Shown: positions 1 through 11,087 of the stretch, one piece after another | Layout: every line of letters begins with the position of its first letter | How positions within the stretch are numbered: the stretch's first letter is position 1 | Origin: Octopus bimaculoides | Lineage: Eukaryota | Reading direction: 5' to 3' | Length of the DNA: 57,479 bases | Assembly: GCF_001194135.2 (NCBI RefSeq) | Contig: NC_068982.1 | Coordinates: 114,865,371 to 114,922,849 of the forward strand | The notes under the pieces: generated by a model | Seen by the model: the letters and a program-made list of their open reading frames with translations, nothing else | Database searches by the model: none | What the model was told of the DNA's origin: nothing | Program-made: the position numbers and the translations under genes

Positions 1-74
1 TCTTTCTCTCTCTCTTTCTTTCTCTCTCTCTCTTTCTTTCTTTCTCCCTCTCTTTCTTTCTTTCTCTCTCTCCT
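1..74. repeat. (CT)n/(CTTT)n pyrimidine microsatellite
   Basis: Directly visible. Confidence 0.9.
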
Positions 75-321
75 TCACGCGCGTACGCACAGATTTGACT
101 TCGCCATGTCAACAAACTTCAAAATTGGTAAAAGTTTATCGATTTTTACAGCTATACGCGGGTGCCTCTGTGAGAAAAAGTTGACAAAAACACAGATAGA
201 GTCATGAACAATATCCTCCTAAAATTGGAGCGACATGTGTGCTAATTTGTGGACGTGCATAACCCACATCACGTACACACACGCCAAACATCTTGTGTTT
301 TATAGATATTGATATATACAT

Positions 322-514
322 AGGCGTAGGAGTGACTGTGTGGTAAGTAGAGCAAGTGTGGCACCTAAGGCAAGTGTCTTCTATAGCCTCGGGCCGACCA
401 AAGCCTTGCGAGTGTCTTCTATAGCCTCGGGCCGACCAAAGCCTTGCGAGTGGATTTGGTAGAAGAAAACTGAAAGAAGCCCGTCGTATATATGTATATA
501 TATATATATATATA
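322..514 (+). mobile_element. tRNA-derived SINE family 1, partial copy with a 38-bp internal tandem duplication
   Basis: Shares GCAAGTGTCTTCT..AGCCTCGGGCCGACCAAAGCCTTG..GAGTGGATTTGGTAG with copies at 39437, 54196 and 57083; 373-410 is repeated at 411-448. Confidence 0.85.
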
Positions 515-1067
515 AAATTGCTCAATACACCCTTCAAAAAGTTTTTAGTAGATTTTCCTGTTACTAAATATATTTTCACCTAGTGAACTGTTTACTTCTC
601 AAGTACAACACTAGAAATCAGTTGTTTTGTTATCTTATCTGTAAAATGCCTTCCTCTCTTCGTTTATAGACACTAGTGAATATATTTTTCTAAGTATTTT
701 CTCTGTTTTATTTTAGCACTTTTTGTTTGTTCATAGCTTCTTGGTGTTGTGTGTACTATACGTTAGTTTGATTTAGACTTTGCCCTTAGAATAATATGGA
801 TAACACTAGAGGCTACTTTAATAAAATTGCTTTAGTTCTCCAACGTGTGAACTAACAATGTTCCCATTCATACAAACATCAGTCATTGTGCGGAGAAGGT
901 TATTGAAGATTATCAGTATATTACTGTTTTATCCCTATCCTCCCCTTAGATTTGTGGCCTTATACGTATACTACAAGAAAAAAGCCACAAGTAGGACCGG
1001 CGCTAAGATATTAAACACCTTAACCCAGTTTTGCATTGTGCTGCTCTTCAACCAGTCCTAAATTATT

Positions 1068-1230
1068 CGTCCCTTTCTCCCAGCCTTACAATGTGCGTCC
1101 CTTTCTCCCAGCCTCCCAGTATGTGCCTCTTCACCTAGCCCTACATCATATACCTCTTGCCCTAGTTCTACCATGTGGTCTCACTCAGCCTTACAATGTT
1201 CTCCCTCTTCTTGCAACCCTACGTTATGCT
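1068..1230. repeat. Degenerate ~28-bp minisatellite
   Basis: CGTCCCTTTCTCCCAGCCT at 1068 and 1096; CAGCCTTACAATGT at 1081 and 1186. Confidence 0.55.
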
Positions 1231-1968
1231 CCTTCATTAGCAATTTTTCTACGAATTCCTCCAGTCCACCTTCCACCACTGAATAATGCCGTTGAAAAAT
1301 TATAAGTAACTTGTGCACAAAATGTCTATAACATTAGGATCATACATATCACCGAATAAATCAGTTTCACGGCAAATCATAAGACCACACAATTCACTCG
1401 TCTTGTCTGCTCTACACCAACCCTGTCTTGCACTCTCCCCTGTTCTAGGAGTGACCTCTCTTGCTCCCTCTATTACTGAGATTTCTTGTTTTCCATTGAA
1501 TTAAAACATTTAAAGTTGTTTTGGATTTGTGCGACGCCCCAAGAATTAGCCCTTTGTTTTTAACACCAATCCTGGTCACAGGAAAACTTCAATAAATGAC
1601 AATGTTTTTTGTTTCATACTTTTAAAACGTTTTTTTTTTCCATGTGTAATTTCCATCATATAAATTGTGTTGTCATTGCGTTCGAAGTCATGTTGTAGAT
1701 AAGCGACTTAAAATACTACTATCAATGCGTAATTTTGCCAAGCCGGATTTGCCGGATTTGCCGGATTTCTTTCCTGTGACTTTATTTCCATTCAGCGTTA
1801 GAAATCATTAATAACTGCATTCATATCAATAATAACAACCGTTCATTTATTTGTCATAAGGGTGACAGATGAGGGGACATTACAAGACAAAAATTACAAA
1901 AATGTACGGTGGAGTATACAGAATTGATTATGAAAAAAAAATATATTAATATAACAGGCATAAAAAAA

Positions 1969-4511
1969 TGTGGTATGACGTCAGCAACTAGGGAGCTGAT
2001 CGCTGACCGGAACCGTGAACTGACCGGAAGAGGAAGAGGGGCAGAGGGAGCCTCGAGTGGGATTTCGTGTCCTTTTCGAGCGGGGTCGTTGCGACGAGAA
2101 GACGTGCGACACGATCGTCCAGGTGAGGGAGAGGTAGCTGCTGTTTCTAGCGTTCTTCGGGTCGGGCCAGGCGCAAGGACAGGATACCACAAGACAAGCT
2201 CGNNNNNNNNNNNNNNNNNNNNNNNNNNNNNNNNNNNNNNNNNNNNNNNNNNNNNNNNNNNNNNNNNNNNNNNNNNNNNNNNNNNNNNNNNNNNNNNNNN
2301 NNNNNNNNNNNNNNNNNNNNNNNNNNNNNNNNNNNNNNNNNNNNNNNNNNNNNNNNNNNNNNNNNNNNNNNNNNNNNNNNNNNNNNNNNNNNNNNNNNNN
2401 NNNNNNNNNNNNNNNNNNNNNNNNNNNNNNNNNNNNNNNNNNNNNNNNNNNNNNNNNNNNNNNNNNNNNNNNNNNNNNNNNNNNNNNNNNNNNNNNNNNN
2501 NNNNNNNNNNNNNNNNNNNNNNNNNNNNNNNNNNNNNNNNNNNNNNNNNNNNNNNNNNNNNNNNNNNNNNNNNNNNNNNNNNNNNNNNNNNNNNNNNNNN
2601 NNNNNNNNNNNNNNNNNNNNNNNNNNNNNNNNNNNNNNNNNNNNNNNNNGCTTCCTCTCAAACTTTCCCTGCGACCGAGTAGAGGCGCTTGTGGAGCCCT
2701 GCCCGTAGTCGAGGTAGAGGCCGAGGGGAAGAAGTTCAAGGCCCTCGTGGACACGAGTTGCACGACTACCCTCGTGACACCAAGGGTAGCGAAGAAATGG
2801 GATGGGGCGAGTAGCGTCCGGGCTGTCGACGGCAGAGAAATCCGTTGCAAAGGCAGCTGCAGTGTGGAGATAGCGTTGCCAGGCGCGGCGCTAAGGCTAC
2901 GGGTGATCGTGATCGAACATGTGATAGACGGGGTTGATGTCGTGATGGGGGTGGATGCCATCAACCGCCTTGGTGGTGTCAAGATTGCAAGAGATGAGGT
3001 CACGTTCGGAAACGTGAGGGCATCGTGCGCCGTGAGTCGGGACCGCCGGGGAGAGCAGAGCCCCGTGAGGGACAGCGCTGCTTACACCATCGAGGACAAA
3101 GATTTTCGGGCGGCGTTCGATGGTTGGAGGTGGACAATAGAGTGGCGATGGAAAGACGAGCTCCCAATGCTGAAGAACAGGGTGAGCTGCTACCAGCATA
3201 CCCTGAAAGGTCACGCCGGGGTCGAGTTCGACGAGGAGGTAGAGAGATGAATCAAGGAAGGAGTCCTTGTCCCGTGGAAAGAGGAGGTGGTGAGCGGAGT
3301 GCTACCTCTGATGGCGGTGGTGCAGCCGACGAAGAGAAAAGTTAGATCGGTGCTGGACTTTAGGGAGCTTAACGATCATATATCGTGCCATACGGGAGGC
3401 GAAGCAACGGACGTTTGCGGCGAGACGTTACGTGTGTGGAGACAGTCGACCAAGGCAGCGACGATTGTCGATTGAAGTCGGCATATTTGCAGCTCCATGT
3501 GAGTAACAAGCTATGGCGATATCAGCTTGTGCAGTACAAGGGCCGGACGTACTGTTTAACAAGGCTGGGTTTCGGGCTGAATTCCGCTCCGAAAATCATG
3601 GAAATGGTGCTCAAGTCCATCCTAGGGAAAGAGGAGAAGATAAGGAAGGCCACCAGTCCCTACATCGACGACATTTTGGTTGACGAGACTGTAGTGCCAT
3701 CCACCGAGGTAGTGAGATACTTGGAGAGGTTCGGGCTGATTGCGAAGTCGCCAGAGTCGATGGTTGGGAGAGCTGCGCTGGGGCTGAAACTACGAAGAGA
3801 CAGATCGGGTGAGCTGGTGTTCCGGAGAGGAAACGAGAGCCCAGAGCTAAGTTCCAGCGTCAGCAGGAGAGAGTTGTTCTCGGTTTGTGGGAAGTTGGTT
3901 GGACACTACCCGATCGCTGGATGGCTGCGCACAGCGTGCAGTTACACCAAGAGACGAGCAGAGGGTGAGAGTTGGAGTGACAAGATGGGAGAGGCGACGG
4001 TGGCGATGATGCGGGAAATCCTAGAGTGGACGAGAGCAGAAGACCCAGTTAGGGGAAACTGGTATGTGCCCAAGACGGAATGCAGGACGGTTTGGTGCGA
4101 TGCTAGCAGTATAACGATAGGAGTTGTGTTGGAGATTGAATGTGCTGAGGTGGAGGATGCGGCCTAGCTACGGAAAGCAGACGACTTCAACCACATCAAT
4201 GTCGCTGAATTAGACGCGGTGCTGAAAGGGGTGAACTTGGCCTTGAGATGGGGGCTGCGCTCGATCGAGATCCGGACGGATTCGGCCACCGTGGTCGGCT
4301 GGGTAGGATCAGTGATTACCAGTGAGAAGAGAGTCCGGATGAAAGGTGCCGCGGGGATGTTGGTGAAACACCGCCTCGGAGTTCTAGGAGAGCTGGTCGC
4401 CAAGTTCGGACTGAAGCTGAACGTGATTTTCGTGCCTTCGGAGAGAAACAGGGCAGATGCACTGACTAGGGTGAAAAGGGCGTAGCTGGAGGAGCCGTAG
4501 GAAGCAAGGAA
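1969..4511 (+). mobile_element. Decayed LTR-type retrotransposon (protease-RT-RNase H); both ends unresolved because of gaps
   Basis: Abrupt GC-rich block. Protease ALVDTSC (~2740). RT motifs VLDFRELN, DLKSAYLQ, RLGFGLNSAP, YIDD (3661). RNase H motifs WCDAS, HINVAEL, TDS, NRADALTR. Confidence 0.9.
2650..4500 (+). pseudogene. pol pseudogene (stops at 3248, 4165, 4483; frameshift ~3472)
   Basis: The ORF pieces 2747-3250, 3287-3475, 3385-4167 and 4219-4485 join into one PR-RT-RH frame when the stops and a 1-nt deletion are corrected. Confidence 0.88.
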
Positions 4512-5578
4512 NNNNNNNNNNNNNNNNNNNNNNNNNNNNNNNNNNNNNNNNNNNNNNNNNNNNNNNNNNNNNNNNNNNNNNNNNNNNNNNNNNNNNNNNN
4601 NNNNNNNNNNNNNNNNNNNNNNNNNNNNNNNNNNNNNNNNNNNNNNNNNNNNNNNNNNNNNNNNNNNNNNNNNNNNNNNNNNNNNNNNNNNNNNNNNNNN
4701 NNNNNNNNNNNNNNNNNNNNNNNNNNNNNNNNNNNNNNNNNNNNNNNNNNNNNNNNNNNNNNNNNNNNNNNNNNNNNNNNNNNNNNNNNNNNNNNNNNNN
4801 NNNNNNNNNNNNNNNNNNNNNNNNNNNNNNNNNNNNNNNNNNNNNNNNNNNNNNNNNNNNNNNNNNNNNNNNNNNNNNNNNNNNNNNNNNNNNNNNNNNN
4901 NNNNNNNNNNNNNNNNNNNNNNNNNNNNNNNNNNNNNNNNNNNNNNNNNNNNNNNNNNNNNNNNNNNNNNNNNNNNNNNCGAATATCTTAGTAAAACTTT
5001 CTTCTTATGAGCTCCATCTTTCTTTTGTCACTTGAATCGATAACTTCCTGTTAAATCGTATCAGCCTGGCGCGTGCTAACGGAACTCCCTGAGCCATGCC
5101 TTCAATGTTAGTGTGTCCCAGGATATATAGGAGAAAAAGAGTGAGAGACAAACTCCAGTTTGTCTCTCACAAGTATTTCAAAACTAGCCCCTGGATTAGC
5201 GGGAAATCCAGAATTTTTTTTTCATTTTTTTTTTTTTTTTGTCGGCACCTTTGAAAGTCCTTGAAAGTACAAGCAAACGAGGAAGCTGAAAGCAAGTATT
5301 TTCTGTTAGCTACGTAAACTTAGCCGCTATTATGCTACGCGAACTTGCTGCTATGTTTTCCATCGCTTCATGCTTTATTTCTGCAACTGCTTTTCTAGCT
5401 TTTAACAAATCTACATCAGCTGGATGAAGGTGCTCACTAGAAAAATAAAAAAATATTGGGCTCATTGTTTTCTGTTACTGGTGAATTCGCACTGAACACA
5501 GACTTCTTTTCTCATATCTCCAGTATTATTTTCCTAGTTTTGTATTGCTTGAATGAAAATCGAAGATGTAATTACTTT

Positions 5579-6161
5579 TGTAAGGGAGCGTGCGATGTGA
5601 GGTGAAGAGAATGGCTCTTTAGAACCACATCACACAGCCCTTACAATAAAGAAAATTGATAGAACCATTTACATGCCAGATGGAAAAAGAGACACAACAG
5701 TGTAGAATGATTAAGAGAAGATTTATTGATATGTTAACATGTGTGTCTGTGCGTGTGTCATGTATACAGAATAATAGACAAACCGTCATGAGAACAAAGT
5801 GTATCTGTGTGTGTAAGCATAGATGCATACGCGTGTTAAGAACATATAAGGATAGCAATGAAAAAAGAAGACAGTGAGAGTCTATAGCCATCGAAGTGAG
5901 AAGTAAGTTCATAGACACAGGAAATAGTACACATGTCGTACGTGAAGTCGTGGCTGTAATGCTGCTACCTAGGTCACTTGATACAGGAGTTCACGCAGGT
6001 TGTATATTCATTGTTGATCCGTGGTGGAGTAATTCACGAACAGTGAAGTGTTGGAACAGCGGCGAGCTGGCAGAAACGTTAGCAGAGTAGTGAATCCAAA
6101 TAGCGGCCAAAGGCTATCTGTTCCCTGCCACGTTCGAATGCACGTATATATAATAAATGGG
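5579..6161 (-). mobile_element. LTR-like segment (family B), inverted relative of 9467-10090
   Basis: The reverse complement shares CCTTTGGCCGCTATTTGGA, CACTGTTCGTGAATTACT and CAGCATTACAGCCAC..CTTC with 9467-10090. Carries AATAAA and ends ...CCCTTACA on the minus strand. Confidence 0.7.
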
Positions 6162-6162
6162 T

Positions 6163-6450
6163 TAGTGGGTTATACATCTTTAGATTGTATACCTGACTTT
6201 CTACTATAAAATTAAAGAAATAGACGGAACGCTGAACTCCAGACTAAACAACTCAAACAACATTTATTTAGGTGATAAACATACAAATCTTTTAGTTATA
6301 CATCTTTAGAGGTGAGAATAACGAACTGTCGAGTATAAGACCGAAAGATGTAGAGACAGCTTTAAACACACGTCCATGCTCAATCGCTGGCCAGCGAGAA
6401 AGAGAATGAATTGAGCGGGAAACGCTTGCTTGTTTAATTCTACGCATGCG
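6163..6450 (-). mobile_element. LTR family A copy (runs into gap)
   Basis: 6168-6450 matches 7834-8116 with only 2 substitutions. Confidence 0.85.
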
Positions 6451-7209
6451 NNNNNNNNNNNNNNNNNNNNNNNNNNNNNNNNNNNNNNNNNNNNNNNNNN
6501 NNNNNNNNNNNNNNNNNNNNNNNNNNNNNNNNNNNNNNNNNNNNNNNNNNNNNNNNNNNNNNNNNNNNNNNNNNNNNNNNNNNNNNNNNNNNNNNNNNNN
6601 NNNNNNNNNNNNNNNNNNNNNNNNNNNNNNNNNNNNNNNNNNNNNNNNNNNNNNNNNNNNNNNNNNNNNNNNNNNNNNNNNNNNNNNNNNNNNNNNNNNN
6701 NNNNNNNNNNNNNNNNNNNNNNNNNNNNNNNNNNNNNNNNNNNNNNNNNNNNNNNNNNNNNNNNNNNNNNNNNNNNNNNNNNNNNNNNNNNNNNNNNNNN
6801 NNNNNNNNNNNNNNNNNNNNNNNNNNNNNNNNNNNNNNNNNNNNNNNNNNNNNNNNNNNNNNNNNNNNNNNNNNNNNNNNNNNNNNNNNNNNNNNNNNNN
6901 NNNNNNNNNNNNNNNNNNNNNNNNNNNNNNNNNNNNNNNNNNNNNNNNNNNNNNNNNNNNNNNNNNNNNNNNNNNNNNNNNNNNNNNNNNNNNNNNNNNN
7001 NNNNNNNNNNNNNNNNNNNNNNNNNNNNNNNNNNNNNNNNNNNNNNNNNNNNNNNNNNNNNNNNNNNNNNNNNNNNNNNNNNNNNNNNNNNNNNNNNNNN
7101 NNNNNNNNNNNNNNNNNNNNNNNNNNNNNNNNNNNNNNNNNNNNNNNNNNNNNNNNNNNNNNNNNNNNNNNNNNNNNNNNNNNNNNNNNNNNNNNNNNNN
7201 NNNNNNNNN

Positions 7210-7821
7210 ACATTGATGAAGACGTCGGCGCAGGAACTGCTATAGCTGTGTTCTGTATGTGTGGTGGTAATGATTCAGTTGAAACTTGGCGACGTCGGGG
7301 GGAATGCTTGTAGTTGATAGTAGTAATTGTTGTCGTCACGGTGGTAATCTTGGTTGGCGCACGACGCTGGTGGCGAAAAGGCTGTTTGGTGATGAGTGTT
7401 TGAAAAGGTACACTTTTACAGAACGATCGACAGACAAAATCTCTGTACGACCATTAGCGAAAACCTCGAAGAAAAATTTTCTTAACCCAAGATGAAAGAA
7501 CGACCGTGCGAAATGAATAACAAGAGTTATTGTGTGGCATAAAAGATGGATGTGTAATGTGAGAGTGTGAATGCGACACATATAAGAACATGAAAAGCAG
7601 GTTGTAATTCTTGTCTGTTTATCGTGAGCGGAAAAAAATCCACTCTAACAGAGACGAGAATAAAAACCGCGCTTGTTGAGTCGTGTTGACTATGTTTGGA
7701 GATGTTGGTAATGTGTAGTTCAGTCTCCATGGCCGTATTTGTTCTTTAGTCGAGGTTCACCAGTTATAAGTTGGTAATCCGTAGTTCATGCTGCGTTTTT
7801 TCTTCGTCGGGGTCACCACTT
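7210..7821 (-). mobile_element. 5' internal region of a CsRn1-like Gypsy element, with a degenerate gag start at 7730
   Basis: Lies directly after the PBS. METELHITN...SAVFILVSVRVDFFP resembles the AVSVxxPPF gag N-terminus of this clade. Confidence 0.6.
7805..7818 (-). promoter_or_regulatory. Primer-binding site complementary to the tRNA-Trp 3' end (TGGTGACCCCGACG)
   Basis: 14-nt complement of eukaryotic tRNA-Trp ...CGUCGGGGUCACCA, 3 nt from the LTR end. tRNA-Trp priming is characteristic of the CsRn1 clade. Confidence 0.85.
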
Positions 7822-8130
7822 TAGTAGAAAGTCGGTTATACATCTTTAGATTGTATACCTGACTTTCTACTATAAAATTAAAGAAATAGACGGAACGCTG
7901 AACTCCAGACTAAACAACTCAAACAACATTTATTTAGGTGATAAACATACAAATCTTTTAGTTATACATCTTTAGAGGTGAGAATAACGAGCTGTCGAGT
8001 ATAAGACCGAAAGATGTAGAGACAGCTTTAAACACATGTCCATGCTCAATCGCTGGCCAGCGAGAAAGAGAATGAATTGAGCGGGAAACGCTTGCTTGTT
8101 TAATTCTACGCATGCGCAGGCGTTACTACA
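7822..8130 (-). mobile_element. 5' LTR, family A (309 bp)
   Basis: Starts TGTAGTAACG on the minus strand, contains AATAAA, and is followed by the PBS. Confidence 0.88.
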
Positions 8131-9466
8131 TCTTCTTTGACTTCGCATGGCACAGAAACTTATCCTGTCATTTCATCGCTATCTACCCAATTATCTTTTT
8201 TTCGTAAAGAATTTGACAAAACAATCCAATACTTCGCTGACCAGATTACCCGTTTACGATTTCCTATTTCCAGTCCACGCGCAAGACCGCGTAGTCGCTA
8301 GCTTTCTGGATGTCGTAATTCTCACTCAAGCAAGGAGCGCACATCTTTCTGCTGGTATCATAAGCGTTTTGGAACACATGCACATAAGTGTATTGCCCCA
8401 TGTGCCTTTTCTCCGGTTATACAATACCACATAAACTCCCTTACCAGAGATTAAATGTGGCTACGTCTCTGGAAAGACCCTCAGCTTGCCACGCGATCTT
8501 TATCCACGATACCAATTCCAAGCAGCATTTGTTAGTAAACACAGGAGTGGCATGCAGTATTTGGTCTGTAAGAGTTTTCACTGATTCGCAGGAACCAACA
8601 GCCATTACCTTACAAACAGTAAATCACTCTCCAATTCATACTTTTTGTGAGAAGTCACTGACTTAGGATATCAATCTCCGAAAATTTCGACGGGCTTTTA
8701 TAGTTGCAGACCTACCGTACCCGATTCTCAGCGCAAATTTTTTGGCATCATTTTAATCTTTTGATCGATTTAAGAAATAAGCGATTAATAGACTCAGGAA
8801 CTCATCTCTATGCACAAGATACGTTTTCAAGCCCTTCCATTGTCGATCCACTTTTTTTCGTTCCAGCTTCTAATCGTTTTCACGAACTTTTATTATAATT
8901 TCCGGATTTAACTTGTACTGTTTACATAACAAAACTCCAGGGCATATAGTCACACATCATATTATTACAAAGGGACCCCTGTTAAATCCCGCCCCCGGCG
9001 CCTTGCCCCGGATAAGCTTAAAACAGCAAAAGAAGAATTTCGTCACATGCTGGACTTCGGTATAATTCGTCTTTCTAGCAGTAACTGGTCATCTCCTTTA
9101 CACATTGTATCCAAAAAGTCAGGAGTTTGGTGCACTTGTGGAGACTATTAAATGCTTAGTCTCCACAGTACCAGATAAATATCCTATTCCCCATATCACT
9201 AACTTTTCTGCACCATTACATGGCAGCACTATCTTTTCGAAGACCGATTTAGTGCATGCATACAGCCAAATCCCTGTTGAACCTGCGGACATCCCTAAGT
9301 CGGCCATAACTACTTTTGGTTTATTTGAATCTGTTCGAATGCCTTTCGGTCAACGTAATTCTGCTAATACTTTTCAGAGATTTATTGAAGAAGTCACACG
9401 TGAGCTAGATTTTGTTTTCGCTTGCATTGATGATTTGTTGATAGCCAGTCCTACAGATGAAGAGCA
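8131..9466 (+). pseudogene. CsRn1-clade Ty3/Gypsy gag-pol remnant
   Basis: CHCC knuckle CWYHKRFGTHAHKCIAPC (8350-8403). Protease LLVNTG (8535). RT motifs [47 protein letters not shown] (9423). Several stops and frameshifts. Confidence 0.92.
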
Positions 9467-10090
9467 TGTAGCTTACACTCAGGGAAATTCCTCTCCCCTT
9501 TATCATATATACAGCTAACCTTTGGCCGCTATTTGGACCCCGTTGTACCCACTACTCTGGTATTGGCGCAGTTTGTCTCTTATTCTGTCGCGCCAACAAG
9601 CAACATATAACAAATCGGAGTCTCTTAATAAGATCACGTGAGACAGCCTGTTCTTAACTCAGGTTGAGCCATCTGTTCATTATAAAAACCCAGCTACTCC
9701 TCGCCTCGAGGTCTTTAGTTCCAGACCTTCTAAGGTCTAGCCACTGACCGCACAAGACACAGCCAGTTCCAGCGACAACGCCAGACGCCCAGGTTCAACA
9801 CAGCACTGTTCGTGAATTACTTCACCCTAGATTAACTGCAAAGATACAACACGCGAGCCAGACGACAACAGCATTACAGCAATCTCTTTCTTCGTCGCTA
9901 TCATCTTCTTAACGACGTCAACAACAACATCTCTACGTACACAGCTCAACCAGCAACACTGCACAGGTTCTAACATAGCACTGTTCGTGAATTACTTAAC
10001 CATGATCAACAGCGAAATACACCAGTGAGAACTCCTGTACAAGTAACCCAGGCAGCAGCATTACAGCCACAACTTCGTACGACATGTACC
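9467..10090 (+). mobile_element. Probable 3' LTR (family B) with an internal ~175-bp duplication
   Basis: Begins TGTAGC where RT homology stops. CAGGTTC..AAC..AGCACTGTTCGTGAATTACTT occurs at ~9790 and ~9964. Homologous to the inverted 5579-6161. Confidence 0.6.
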
Positions 10091-10365
10091 GCAACCGGCT
10101 CTGCATCATCGCCACAACTTCTTGTCCTCCGATTACCATCGTCGCGGCATGCGAAAACTGCCTTTCTGTGGAAGCCACCGCATGGCAAGAGAAAACAAAG
10201 GCGACCAAAAGCGACTTGGCGCCGCACCTTCAGCGATGACTCCAAAGCCATTGACATTTCATGAGATGAAGCTGAAATCACCGCGGCCGACCCAACACGT
10301 TGGAGAAGCCTTGCCGCTCAATGCACCTCACGGCGCAGGAGGACCTAAGACTAAGAATAAAGCAA
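10091..10365 (+). mobile_element. RTE-clade LINE 3' end
   Basis: VLRLPSSRHAKTAFLWKPPHGKRKQRRPKATWRR...DPTRWRSLAAQC matches the RTE C-terminal W-P-GKR-GRP-TW motif; short CTAAGA tail. Confidence 0.8.
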
Positions 10366-10771
10366 TAGCCNNNNNNNNNNNNNNNNNNNNNNNNNNNNNN
10401 NNNNNNNNNNNNNNNNNNNNNNNNNNNNNNNNNNNNNNNNNNNNNNNNNNNNNNNNNNNNNNNNNNNNNNNNNNNNNNNNNNNNNNNNNNNNNNNNNNNN
10501 NNNNNNNNNNNNNNNNNNNNNNNNNNNNNNNNNNNNNNNNNNNNNNNNNNNNNNNNNNNNNNNNNNNNNNNNNNNNNNNNNNNNNNNNNNNNNNNNNNNN
10601 NNNNNNNNNNNNNNNNNNNNNNNNNNNNNNNNNNNNNNNNNNNNNNNNNNNNNNNNNNNNNNNNNNNNNNNNNNNNNNNNNNNNNNNNNNNNNNNNNNNN
10701 NNNNNNNNNNNNNNNNNNNNNNNNNNNNNNNNNNNNNGAACAGAAAAATATTTTTGCATTCGAATTTATTT

Positions 10772-11087
10772 CATGTAAAAAATTGTCTTATTTCGATAAT
10801 TTCAGCCAATCACTGACAAGTATTCAGTTGTTTATATTTACTCCTTTGGCTGATTAAGCGATGTAAAGCGTATTTAATCTCCATACCTTCGTTTTATTTG
10901 CTTTTTTCATTTTAAAAAAGATCCCTTTTTTCTTTTTAAATTTGCTGTTTTACCCTAACCCTAACCCTAACCCTATCACCGATAGAATTGTTTCAGAATC
11001 GTTTGTTTATGTAGTCGGCACTTAATGTATATCGGCTGAATGGACGTCAGTGATTGGTTGAAATTACAGAAATACAACTTTAACATG
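10772..11087. mobile_element. MITE-like element with imperfect TIRs and an internal (CCCTAA)3 tract
   Basis: AATTTCAGCCAATCACTGAC (10798-10817) is the inverted match of 11046-11065 (1 mismatch); telomere-type repeat at 10953-10975. Confidence 0.65.

Noticed and set aside
1036-1305. Pro/Leu-rich ORF with a repeated QPYNV motif
   Set aside because: The underlying repeat period is ~28 bp, not a multiple of 3, so this is a minisatellite read-through rather than a protein repeat.
3248-4485. Three probable TGG-to-stop changes in pol suggesting APOBEC-like G>A hypermutation
   Set aside because: Most Trp codons in the same frame are intact, so ordinary transition decay explains it.
6430-7339. Long ORFs in the track spanning N-runs (also 1909-2682, 10122-10778, 15123-15782, 16381-17084, 28106-28865, 47620-48652, 53691-54398)
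   Set aside because: They are artefacts of translating gaps and (TA)n/(CA)n microsatellites.
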